A DNA stretch of 64,000 nt from an uncultured Gammaproteobacteria bacterium (GTDB lineage: Bacteria; Patescibacteriota; Microgenomatia; Levybacterales; UBA12049): the NCBI GenBank assembly GCA_964512695.1, contig CAZEJU010000004.1:12656-76655 (forward strand). Direction: 5' to 3'. The notes beneath the pieces were generated by a model, which did no database searches, was not told where the DNA came from, and saw only the letters and a list, made by a program, of their open reading frames with translations. This document shows positions 11,193 through 19,535 of the stretch, piece after piece; the first letter of the stretch is position 1, and each line of letters opens with the position of its first letter. The position numbers were made by a program, and so were the translations under genes.

Positions 11193-11437
11193 GGATTAAT
11201 TATACAATTATTTACAGCTGAGTTGAAGGACATAAACAGAAACAAGGATTCGAACATTTGTTCGATATAGGTAAATATTCGAAAGATCTGGGGGAGTTGA
11301 GCGCTTCCGCAAACATAGTGACCTACTACATTAGTATTTTTACATATATCCTACGTTTGTCTTACTTTCTTAAATACGGTAAAATATGCTACAAGCAACT
11401 ACTATTAGCCATCTGCTATTAGCTATTTGTCAGTAAC

Positions 11438-11510
11438 GGCCCCATCGTCTAGTGGCCTAGGACGTCAGGTTCTCATCCTGAAAACCGGGATTCGACTTCC
11501 CGTGGGGTCA
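11438..11510 (+). tRNA. tRNA-Glu(CTC), no encoded CCA
   Basis: Acceptor GGCCCCA/TGGGGTC, anticodon arm TCAGG-TTCTCAT-CCTGA, T-loop TTCGACT. Confidence 0.95.
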
Positions 11511-11532
11511 CTTCGGCAAGCTCAGTGCAAGC
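11511..11532 (+). repeat. CTTCGGCAAGCTCAG-type REP-like arm between tRNA and GIY-YIG gene
   Basis: CTTCGGCAAGCTCAGTGCAAGC abuts the tRNA 3' end. It resembles repeats I recall flanking small GIY-YIG genes; I saw only one copy. Confidence 0.4.
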
Positions 11533-11538
11533 ACATAT

Positions 11539-11646
11539 ATGGTTAACGCAATACCATGGTTTGTATATATGCTTCTTTGCGATGGTAAAACTTTCTATAT
11601 TGGTATAACTAATGATATTCCTGTTAGATATAATGACCACAAAAAA
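11539..11646 (+). pseudogene. 3'-truncated GIY-YIG nuclease
   Basis: WFVYMLLCDGKTFYIGITNDIPVRYNDHKK gives the GIY/YIG motifs plus R..H. The frame then enters the terminator of the insert and lacks the catalytic Glu helix. Confidence 0.8.
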
Positions 11647-11680
11647 ACCGGCTCATTCTGTATCGAACGAACCGGTTTTT
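11641..11680 (-). terminator. Intrinsic terminator
   Basis: Minus strand AAAAACCGGTTCGTTC-GATACA-GAATGAGCCGGTTTTTTT; two G-U pairs work only on the minus strand; T7 tail. Confidence 0.85.
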
Positions 11681-11706
11681 ATATATATTGGACAGATAAC
11701 TTTCTT

Positions 11707-12178
11707 CAGCCCATGAGCCTGTCCTTCTCAAGGACTGGAGAAAGGAGCGGATATACTCTTCCACTCTTGTTCATTTACTTTCCTCACTCCACGATTTTTA
11801 ATCATGATTTGGGGGAAGGGAGCGTTTGACTCACCCCTTACCTTTGACTCTCCGATGTTACATCGGAGGAATCCCTTGCGGGATTTGAAACCATATTTGG
11901 ATACACGGATTACTCCATGCACCTTAACCTCTCTGCCCGCTACCTGATACGGATCGGGCTGGTTTCTGGTCCTTATTTCTAAGAACCTTGGAGAGGTGCT
12001 ACCAGTATCGGCTGCTTACGCTTATGGCTCATCTCACTGGTTTAAGTAAGCCATAGGCGTCTGACGGTCACCCGGCAGAATAACTCTATTCAGAGTCAGA
12101 GAGCGTTTGTTACGCTGAGGCCTTACGGCATCTCAGACCCTATATCACAAGGGTGCTTTTCGCAGTACTCTCAGGCTG
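11707..12178 (-). ncRNA. Large structured non-coding RNA of unknown class (~470 nt)
   Basis: More than 12 hairpins, five GNRA tetraloops on the minus strand, G-U pairs favouring minus, and a closing helix 5'-CAGCCT/GGGCTG-3'. Confidence 0.75.
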
Positions 12179-12193
12179 TATTTGGCAGATTAT

Positions 12194-12640
12194 CTAAAAT
12201 TCAATGTCGAATTTGATAACCTGCTGGAGAATCTCCTCGTCAGTCAATCCACCCACGGTCAAACCGCGGAGGGAAGCAACTGCTCGAACATCCTCTCCAC
12301 TCCAGGAAGCATAATACTGCTTTACTTCCTGGTATCGATCCGGCTCTACAGCTGTGGAAACCGGCTCCTCCAGACTGATACTGGGATTAAGACCATGGGT
12401 CTTCCCCCCTCCATACCAGTACCAACGGTCGCAGTATACACCGCGCTGAAGGTGGGAGTGGTGACCCCCATATGGCGAATGATTACGACGATACAACTCC
12501 GTCGCACATTCGTCGCACAGCCACACCCCACACGTCCATACCACTCGGTCGCGGTGGAAGTATCGCCACTTCACCCGTCGGCCGCATCCCCACTCGCAGA
12601 GAATTGGGGATCCTTTATCTGGACCGCTGCCGGTAGGCAT
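12194..12640 (-). CDS. 148-aa protein: Cys/His zinc-binding region plus C-terminal SAP/HeH-like domain
   Basis: CEWGC...CGVWLCDEC...H..HHSH..C; C-terminus YASWSGEDVRAVASLRGLTVGGLTDEEILQQVIKFD. ATG at 12640 lies at the insert junction, so it may be 5'-truncated. Confidence 0.65.
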   Translation of the reverse strand: MPTGSGPDKGSPILCEWGCGRRVKWRYFHRDRVVWTCGVWLCDECATELYRRNHSPYGGHHSHLQRGVYCDRWYWYGGGKTHGLNPSISLEEPVSTAVEPDRYQEVKQYYASWSGEDVRAVASLRGLTVGGLTDEEILQQVIKFDIEF

Positions 12641-12918
12641 ATGTAGATGAACAAAAGACACATAAACAGTCTATAGAGATGAATAAATATCTTACTGAGG
12701 TTACAAGAGATACACTTGAGAATTGGCAATCAGAGTTTCTTCAACTGATCTGTCAAGTAGCTGGTCTAGCATTTCTCTGGCATATTGGCTCACCACAATC
12801 AAAAGAAGGAGATGATCGGAAAGAAGAAAAACTTGATGCAATATTAAAAAAGTTAAGTGGAAAAGAAGGGGAGAAACTAATCACTTCGTTAGATAAAAAG
12901 TATCCGAGAAAAGGTTGA
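12637..12918 (+). pseudogene. 5'-truncated DUF6766-family membrane protein
   Basis: AYVDEQKTHKQSIEM..TRDTLENWQSEFLQL..GSPQSKEGDDRKEEKLD. The frame continues upstream of ATG 12679 to a TAG at 12634; the N-terminal TM segment is missing. Confidence 0.7.
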
Positions 12919-12995
12919 TAATGTCTTCGGAGGCGGAGTAAGCTACTACAGACGAACATTCACTGACACTATGCGTATCTATTCTTTTAAATAAC

Positions 12996-14132
12996 TTACC
13001 TTATATTTTTTGAACCCACTGCTTCTGCGACATGACTGAATCCATCCTTTTTTAATAATTCTACCAATCGAAGATTTATATCCGCTATTAGCTGAGGGCC
13101 TTGGAAAACCATACCAGTAATTAGTTGGACTAATGACGCTCCTAATGTAATTTTCACATATGCATCTTCTGCGCTGAATACACCACCGCAACCGATAATG
13201 ACAAATCGTTTTTTATAGTTCTTATACGCTAAGGCAATCAACTCATTCGAGCGATCAAACGTAGGTTTCCCACTGAAATTTCCCCTGGGAAACTTCGCAA
13301 CTTCACTAGTGACTAAAGACGGATCTTTTCTGTTTTTTTGTAAATTTCCGAAAATTATGCCTGCGGGAGAATGCTTCGCAATTACTTTTAACATAGCGAG
13401 AACTTCTTCATTGTCTTTTTCAATCGGCATTTTTATAAACACCGGACGGGATAAACGTAACATATCAACTTCTTTCAGTAATTCTTCTAACTTTCTAGGT
13501 GGGTAAAAAGTAACATCACCGTATAAGTTCGGACAACTAATATTTAATTCATAATACGAATGATGCAAAGGATAAGATTCGAATGTTTTAAATGAACGAA
13601 GAATATCCACAATACTCTCTTCTTGATCTAAAGCAACTGTATTTGTTCTTCCTACGCTTATTCCTACAGGAATTTGAAAATACTGATGAGACAATAATTT
13701 TGCGACATGTGTAGCTCCATCATTTTTAAAGCCTTTATTTACCATTAGTGATTTAGATTTCGGTAGCCGACCTAAACGAGGCTTTTTATTACCTCTATAT
13801 GGCAAATATGTAATAGTACCAACTGTTTGAAACCCAAATCCTACAGATGGTAAAATATTTGTTAATTGAGCCTGATAATCAAAACCCGCAGCTAGGCCTA
13901 TCGGATTTTCAAATTCTATTCCTGCAATCCTTTGCTCCAACACTTTATGCTTATATTGAAAAGCATAAGCAAATACCGTCCTTATCGGAGAGAAATGACC
14001 TAAGAAGTTTCCAGTTTTTGTCATGCGGTTATGCACCGTCTCTGGATCTATAAGAAAAAATAAAGGTTTTAATAGATACGCATACGCAGTTTTCGATAAA
14101 AAAATACAGCTTTTTTTAAAAAACAATTTCAT
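12996..14132 (-). CDS. pyrD: Dihydroorotate dehydrogenase, class 2 (quinone)
   Basis: DPETVH, NPIGLAAGFD, GN.KPRL.RL, ELNISCPN, GCGG, GASLVQL. Confidence 0.9.
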   Translation of the reverse strand: MKLFFKKSCIFLSKTAYAYLLKPLFFLIDPETVHNRMTKTGNFLGHFSPIRTVFAYAFQYKHKVLEQRIAGIEFENPIGLAAGFDYQAQLTNILPSVGFGFQTVGTITYLPYRGNKKPRLGRLPKSKSLMVNKGFKNDGATHVAKLLSHQYFQIPVGISVGRTNTVALDQEESIVDILRSFKTFESYPLHHSYYELNISCPNLYGDVTFYPPRKLEELLKEVDMLRLSRPVFIKMPIEKDNEEVLAMLKVIAKHSPAGIIFGNLQKNRKDPSLVTSEVAKFPRGNFSGKPTFDRSNELIALAYKNYKKRFVIIGCGGVFSAEDAYVKITLGASLVQLITGMVFQGPQLIADINLRLVELLKKDGFSHVAEAVGSKNIR

Positions 14133-14169
14133 TGGCAAATCTAGACTACAGGATTACAAAAATGAGTTA

Positions 14170-14185
14170 TGTGATTTTTGTCACT
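14170..14185. promoter_or_regulatory. CRP/FNR-like box upstream of pyrD
   Basis: TGTGA-TTTTTG-TCACT (9/10 match to TGTGA-N6-TCACA), next to a Crp/Fnr gene. Confidence 0.55.
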
Positions 14186-14193
14186 AGCCACCA

Positions 14194-14850
14194 TTAATGA
14201 AGCTCAGAAGTCAACTCAGATTCTAGCCCTTCTATATCGATAAACATAGCATTATTTTTCGAAAAACTAACAAACCCTTTATTTTTTAGTTTTTTCATCT
14301 CCCGACTTACTGTCTCCCTTGTAATACCTATATGTGAAGCCAACTCTTTCTCTGTAATAGTAATTGCAGCTTTACTCTCATGATCTGTTTTGTCACCGAA
14401 ACGTTTAGCATAAATGAGTATTTCGTTAATAAGTCTTCGGTAAGCCTGACCTGATTTAAGATAAGCCATGCGAAGTAATAAACCATCAATACCGCTATAG
14501 ACTCTACGTAACAAATCAAATAAAACATCTGGATTATCCCACAAGAATGTTAAAACAGCTTCTTTAGGCATCCTCCACACTTCTAGATCATTTATAGCCT
14601 CGAAAAAATATTTATTTTTTGTGCTATTGACAGCCCACGACATGGGGAAAAAGGAGTACGGTTTAAATATATTAAGAACGAGTTCATCGCCGTTTTCTGA
14701 AATACTGTACATTTTTACAGTACCCTGCTTTAGAAAAAAAATACCAGCTGGTTCTTCATCAGCTCGAATAAGAACTTCACCTTTTTTAAAAGTTTTATGC
14801 TGTCCGGTCGTAAAAAAGTTTTCTATTTTAGATGAAATTGTTTCGTCCAT
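14194..14850 (-). CDS. Crp/Fnr-family transcriptional regulator
   Basis: cNMP-binding domain plus HTH ELASHIGITRETVSR. Confidence 0.92.
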   Translation of the reverse strand: MDETISSKIENFFTTGQHKTFKKGEVLIRADEEPAGIFFLKQGTVKMYSISENGDELVLNIFKPYSFFPMSWAVNSTKNKYFFEAINDLEVWRMPKEAVLTFLWDNPDVLFDLLRRVYSGIDGLLLRMAYLKSGQAYRRLINEILIYAKRFGDKTDHESKAAITITEKELASHIGITRETVSREMKKLKNKGFVSFSKNNAMFIDIEGLESELTSELH

Positions 14851-15013
14851 GCCTGTATTGTAGCAAATTATAGAAGAGAGTAAAGAAAGTAGGTAAACAA
14901 CAGGCTTGAGATGTTTTTATTCCGCGAAGGATAATGAGAAGTTAATAGACTAATACCGGATTTCACCATCGAACAAATATAAACAGAATAATATTTTATA
15001 AATCAATTTAAAG

Positions 15014-15505
15014 CTATATTTTTAATATATTTCCCACAAACAAGCCTATACTCGTAGCAAGCGCACCGATAATAAATAATTCGACAGCACTTCTGAGAGG
15101 TTTCATTTGTACTAACTTACCTTTAATATATCCAATAATAAATAACCCAATAAACGCAAGAAGAATGCTCATAATTTTCGCTTCTGGCTGACGATACAAA
15201 AGTACAGGAGCGATAGGAATCATACCTGCAGCGAAATAACTAATGAACATTAATAATGCTCCAAGTAATAAACTGTCCGTGTGTTTACCAGTCTTATCCA
15301 TTTGATGAACAGCTTTTTCAGAAGAATACTGTCCGGCTGCCATAGATGAGGCTTCGACAGTTATAGCGACTAAAGAAGCGAGAATAATAATCCCTTTATC
15401 ACTTACACCGCTGCTAATTCCCGCGACAACACCTGTTGTAGAGACAAGCCCATCTTGTAAGCCAAATAAAATACTTCTTAAATAGTCTTCGTGTATTCTG
15501 GGCAT
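15014..15505 (-). CDS. VIT1/CCC1 Fe/Mn transporter family
   Basis: FGLQDGLVST, SMAAGQYSS motifs. Confidence 0.9.
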   Translation of the reverse strand: MPRIHEDYLRSILFGLQDGLVSTTGVVAGISSGVSDKGIIILASLVAITVEASSMAAGQYSSEKAVHQMDKTGKHTDSLLLGALLMFISYFAAGMIPIAPVLLYRQPEAKIMSILLAFIGLFIIGYIKGKLVQMKPLRSAVELFIIGALATSIGLFVGNILKI

Positions 15506-15506
15506 G

Positions 15507-17975
15507 TTATTTTCTTAAAGAGTCTTCTACTTCTTTAATGCGTATCGATGTTTTAAGAACTGTATCCGGTTGTAACGCGATAGAATCTATACCTTCACGC
15601 ACGAGAAATTCAGCAAAATCCGGAAAATCAGATGGACCTTGACCACAAATACCTACTGGGAGGTCAAGTGTATGTGCCATGGAAATTAATGATTTAATCA
15701 ATTTCTTCACAGCATTATTCCGCTCATTACCAACATGCGCAACAAGTTTGGAGTCGCGATCTAACCCCAGTGTTAATTGGGTCAAATCATTCGACCCTAT
15801 AGAGAAGCCATCAAAAATAGCTGCAAATTCTTCCACAAGAAGAATATTTGAAGGAATCTCTGCCATAACCCACACTCGAAGTTCTTTATTAATGGTACTT
15901 TCGTTTGCTTTTGCTCGTGCCTGGTCAACTTTCTGATGTTTTAATCCGTATTTTGCCATAACATCAAGTACTTTTTGTCCTTCTTCTGGAGTTCGGCAGA
16001 ATGGTATTAAAATTTGCAGATTATAGAGCCCCATCTTCTCACGAACCCTCTTCACTGCTTCACACTCAAGTGCAAAAGCAGCTTCAAAATTTGGGTCATA
16101 GTAACGGCTAGCACCTCGCCAGCCAATCATCGGATTTTCCTCATCCGGCTCGTATTCACGACCGCCTAAAAGTCCTGCATACTCGTTGGATTTAAAATCG
16201 CTAAATCGTAAAAGTACTTCATGCGGATAAAACGCAGCAGCGACAATACCTATGCCATAGGCTAGCTTTTCAACATAATATTCGGTCTTACTCCTATATC
16301 CAGCAGTTAGCTCGTCAATTTGCCTTTTAACTGTTTTATCAGTCAATGTATCGTAATTTAATAATGCATTTGGATGGATTCTTATAAAATTTGAAATAAT
16401 AAATTCTTCTCGTGCTAGTCCCACGCCTCTATTAGGAATAAAAGAGTATTTAAAGACAAATTCCGGATCAGCGACTATCATTTTTATTTTCGTCTTTGGT
16501 GGATTAAAATTCTTTAAATCTGTTTGTTTTACATCATATTTCAATATTCCTTTATATACTTTTCCCTTCTCCCCTTCTGCACAAGAAACTGTTACTTCAG
16601 TGCCTGTTTTCACTACCTTCGTCGCGTTTCCACAACCAACTACAGCTGGAATTCCTAATTCTCGAGAAACAATAGCTGCATGACTCGTACGTCCGCCTGA
16701 ATTCGTAACGATAGCACTGGCAATTTTCATAATAGGTTCCCAATCGGGATCAGTAATCTCTGCTATTAATACTTCACCTTTTTGAAAGGTATCTAGTTCA
16801 CTTGGGTCTTTAATATACCGAGCTTTTCCTTGGCCAATTTTCGCTCCAACTGCTGCACCTTCTGTTAATACATCACCGTGACTTTGTAAAATATATTCTT
16901 CCAGGACATTGGTATCTTTTCTAGCTTGTACCGTTTCTGGACGTGCTTGAACGATAAATAAATCTTTCGTTTCACTATCATATGCCCATTCGATATCCAT
17001 AGGCTTTTTATAATGTTCTTCGATAATCATTCCCCATTTGGCAAGCTTAAGTACTTGCTCGTCTGACAAAACGAATTTATTTCTATCTTCTTCGTTCACA
17101 TGCAATTCTTTTGTAGCTTTTGTCCCTTCAGTAGAATAGACCAGCTTTTTTTCTTTCGTACCTAATTTTTTATTAATTAACGCGTGGTATCCTTCTTTCA
17201 ACGTTGGTTTAAATACCATGAATTCATCTGGTGTAACAATACCTTTGACTATATATTCTCCAAGTCCCCATGATCCATTGATCAAGACTACGTTGCGAAA
17301 ACCACTATCACTATCAAGTGTAAACATAACACCACTACAACCCCTATCGCTCCTGACCATTTTCTGGACGGCTACAGAAAGTTTTACTTTAAAATGATCG
17401 AAATGTTGATCTTGTCGATATGATATTGCGCGGTTTGTAAAAAGGGAGGAAAATGCTTCTTTTATAGCAGTAAGCAAATTATGTTTTCCGTGAATATTGA
17501 GATATGATTCTTGTTGCCCTGCAAAAGATGCATCAGGGAGGTCTTCAGCTGTTGCAGATGATCGAACCGCCACATCCAACTCATGGGGTTTTATATCCAT
17601 TTTCTCAGCCATTTTACTATAAGCAAGCCAAATCGCCTCTTCTAAATCTTTCGGAAAATCTGCTGAGAGTATCATTTCACGAATACTCGTGCCACATTTT
17701 TCGAGTGAATGAATATTAGCCGTATCCAAACCTTCCAAGACTGCACGAATTTTTTTGTCAAGTTGGTTTTGTTCTATAAAGTATTGGTATGAATAAGCAG
17801 TTACTGCGAATCCGTAAGGGACTCTAATTTTTTCATCTTTAAAGGTAGAATTTGTGGCATTCGTAAGGTTCTGATACATCTCACCAAGATTTGCATTCTT
17901 ACCTCCCACAAGAGGAATATCATCTTTATTTATTTCATCAAACCAGAGGGTATATTTTTTCAATTTACTATCCAT
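15507..17975 (-). CDS. ppsA: Phosphoenolpyruvate synthase
   Basis: VGGKNANLGEM, VRSSATAED, GGRTSHAAIVSRE, FSIGSNDLTQL. Confidence 0.97.
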   Translation of the reverse strand: MDSKLKKYTLWFDEINKDDIPLVGGKNANLGEMYQNLTNATNSTFKDEKIRVPYGFAVTAYSYQYFIEQNQLDKKIRAVLEGLDTANIHSLEKCGTSIREMILSADFPKDLEEAIWLAYSKMAEKMDIKPHELDVAVRSSATAEDLPDASFAGQQESYLNIHGKHNLLTAIKEAFSSLFTNRAISYRQDQHFDHFKVKLSVAVQKMVRSDRGCSGVMFTLDSDSGFRNVVLINGSWGLGEYIVKGIVTPDEFMVFKPTLKEGYHALINKKLGTKEKKLVYSTEGTKATKELHVNEEDRNKFVLSDEQVLKLAKWGMIIEEHYKKPMDIEWAYDSETKDLFIVQARPETVQARKDTNVLEEYILQSHGDVLTEGAAVGAKIGQGKARYIKDPSELDTFQKGEVLIAEITDPDWEPIMKIASAIVTNSGGRTSHAAIVSRELGIPAVVGCGNATKVVKTGTEVTVSCAEGEKGKVYKGILKYDVKQTDLKNFNPPKTKIKMIVADPEFVFKYSFIPNRGVGLAREEFIISNFIRIHPNALLNYDTLTDKTVKRQIDELTAGYRSKTEYYVEKLAYGIGIVAAAFYPHEVLLRFSDFKSNEYAGLLGGREYEPDEENPMIGWRGASRYYDPNFEAAFALECEAVKRVREKMGLYNLQILIPFCRTPEEGQKVLDVMAKYGLKHQKVDQARAKANESTINKELRVWVMAEIPSNILLVEEFAAIFDGFSIGSNDLTQLTLGLDRDSKLVAHVGNERNNAVKKLIKSLISMAHTLDLPVGICGQGPSDFPDFAEFLVREGIDSIALQPDTVLKTSIRIKEVEDSLRK

Positions 17976-18052
17976 ATCTCAACAATAGCATATTCTAAGA
18001 ATAATCCCAACTATTACTTCGATATATTTTAGTAATAAATTTTGTCACTCAC

Positions 18053-18068
18053 TGTGATCTCTATCATT
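18053..18068. promoter_or_regulatory. Weaker CRP/FNR-like box upstream of ppsA
   Basis: TGTGA-TCTCTA-TCATT (8/10). Confidence 0.35.
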
Positions 18069-18090
18069 TACACCATACGCGCTATCAAGT

Positions 18091-18129
18091 AAAAAGCAGA
18101 GTAGCTTTTTAAAGAAGTTACTCTGCTTT
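18091..18129. terminator. Hairpin/terminator downstream of the 18149-18556 gene
   Basis: AAAGCAGAGTAGCTTTT-TAA-AGAAGTTACTCTGCTTT inverted repeat. Confidence 0.6.
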
Positions 18130-18148
18130 AAGGATACCATGTACCGTT

Positions 18149-18556
18149 TTAAAAACTCTGTTCAGGAGTTATTTTTTCAATTGGTGACAAGGTAGGCTCT
18201 AATTCTCTTGACGGTACTGGTGTTATAGTGGGAGTAAGCTCTTCTTCTGTACTACCCCCGACACCTACTTCTGGTCTTCCGTTCATAGAATCTCTTTGTG
18301 TATCAGTCTCTCGAAATGTCTGAGTATCACTTGTATTCTTATTATTCTGTCCATACGGTAAGAATAATAACCCTAAAACCAAAAGAGGAAGTAATAATAA
18401 CGGTAACCAACCAAGGCCTAAGCCTTTATTCTCTTTATGTGTATTATCTACCACTAATGGTTCTTCTTGGCGAGCCACAGTGTCATGTTCTGCCACAGCT
18501 GGCTCTTCATGTATGTCGTTTACACCTTCCGTTTGTGTATTTCTTTGTCTCGGCAT
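18149..18556 (-). CDS. Hypothetical single-TM protein with Pro/Thr-rich tail
   Basis: SD AGGAGGTGA before ATG 18556; TM GWLPLLLLPLLVLGLLFL; VGVGG..PTITP tail. Confidence 0.75.
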   Translation of the reverse strand: MPRQRNTQTEGVNDIHEEPAVAEHDTVARQEEPLVVDNTHKENKGLGLGWLPLLLLPLLVLGLLFLPYGQNNKNTSDTQTFRETDTQRDSMNGRPEVGVGGSTEEELTPTITPVPSRELEPTLSPIEKITPEQSF

Positions 18557-18611
18557 TTTCTTCACCTCCTTTTCTTATATACAGAATCTAATAGATAGGA
18601 TTAATAACTAG

Positions 18612-18638
18612 GTGAAGTGTGGGTAATATTCGAGTAAG
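18612..18638 (-). promoter_or_regulatory. 11-bp-period repeat box (putative OmpR-family site)
   Basis: GTGAA/GTAAT/GTAAG at 18612/18623/18634. Confidence 0.4.
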
Positions 18639-18731
18639 AGTTAGTCTCAATACAGTAAAGCCAATTGCTAAAGTAATGAAAAGTCAGCAATAAAAGTATA
18701 TAATATCATTACTGCTCAAAGAAATTTCCTT

Positions 18732-19319
18732 ATGCTAAAAGCGTTTATCGGAATACTCGGCATAATGCTTTTACTTGCTGGTATTTTTGTACGTAATAAT
18801 GTAGAAAAAAGCGAAAAGCTTGCTTTTGCACTCGACGATAAAAGAACCGCATTTGCTGTTATCGGAGATAATACGCCTCCTCCATGTATCTGGGAAACAA
18901 AAGAGCCAGAAAGAGTCATGGCAGAGAATAAAACACAAGCAGTTTCTATTTCTGTTAACAACTCTGCGGAAAAACCTTGTGAAACATACCTTTCTCTTCG
19001 CGCGCCAAATTTCGATTTAAGCCCGTCAAAGGAAGAACAAAAAATCACCTTACCGTCAAAAGGGAAAGGATCACTTTCTTGGATTATGACCCCAAGAAAA
19101 ACAGGAACTTTCGATCTAGCAGTTTCAGATGTTATTAATACCCAAGTCTTCGGAATTACTGTTACGAATATGTTCGGTCTAACCGCTGCACAAGCGAAAA
19201 TTTTCTCTATGCTAAGTACTCTTTGCGGTCCGATGCTTACAGTACCATGGTGGGTGGAAAAATGGATGCAAAGAAAAAAGAAACAAGAACCCTCTAAAGA
19301 AGAACATGAAAAAAAATGA
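18732..19319 (+). CDS. Hypothetical membrane-anchored protein (possible Ig-like domain)
   Basis: N-terminal signal/TM, beta-rich core, C-terminal TM and basic tail. Confidence 0.7.
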   Translation: MLKAFIGILGIMLLLAGIFVRNNVEKSEKLAFALDDKRTAFAVIGDNTPPPCIWETKEPERVMAENKTQAVSISVNNSAEKPCETYLSLRAPNFDLSPSKEEQKITLPSKGKGSLSWIMTPRKTGTFDLAVSDVINTQVFGITVTNMFGLTAAQAKIFSMLSTLCGPMLTVPWWVEKWMQRKKKQEPSKEEHEKK

Positions 19320-19535
19320 AATAATATTTAAGCCAAAGTTCTTTACCATTCATTCTGCATCAAACGTGACAAATATAGCAACCAAAAGCAATTAACCTTT
19401 ACTTCCAGGACGTAACATCACTCCAGTTCTTGACATCCGTGCGCCAAAACTAAGATAAAATATATCGTCTCAAGGCTGTAGATCTTCCATAACTCTTGCT
19501 TGCCTTTTGGGATATCCCAGGCATATAATCCTCTT

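Larger units (their letters stand above)
11641..12640 (-). mobile_element. ~1 kb GC-rich insert (ORF + structured RNA + terminator); no mobility gene seen
   Basis: Sampled lines are 52-55% GC versus ~30% in a sampled flank line. Both neighbouring genes are truncated at its edges. Confidence 0.6.

Noticed and set aside
11240-11330. Possible recombinase-tail or tRNA-like remnant upstream of tRNA-Glu
   Set aside because: GGATTCGAAC and ACATAGTGACC are suggestive but too short and degenerate to support.
11539-11829. 96-aa ORF as an intact GIY-YIG nuclease
   Set aside because: Similarity ends at about residue 36; the rest is read-through into the antisense terminator and RNA.
11707-12178. RNase P RNA (GAGGAAAGT and TGGCTTA occur on the minus strand)
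   Set aside because: The motifs are in the wrong order, GAGGAAAGT is followed by AA rather than CC so P4 cannot form, and TGGCTTA is paired in a local stem.
11707-12178. Group I or group II intron, or tmRNA
   Set aside because: No P7 GACUA/UAGUC pair, no domain V hairpin, no tRNA-like ends, and the flanks are not two halves of one gene. A covariance-model search is still needed to exclude a divergent member.
12182-12646. Plus-strand 154-aa ORF (also 11728-11922 and 12346-12531 on the minus strand)
   Set aside because: No motifs; these are shadows of the Zn/SAP gene or of the structured RNA in GC-rich DNA.
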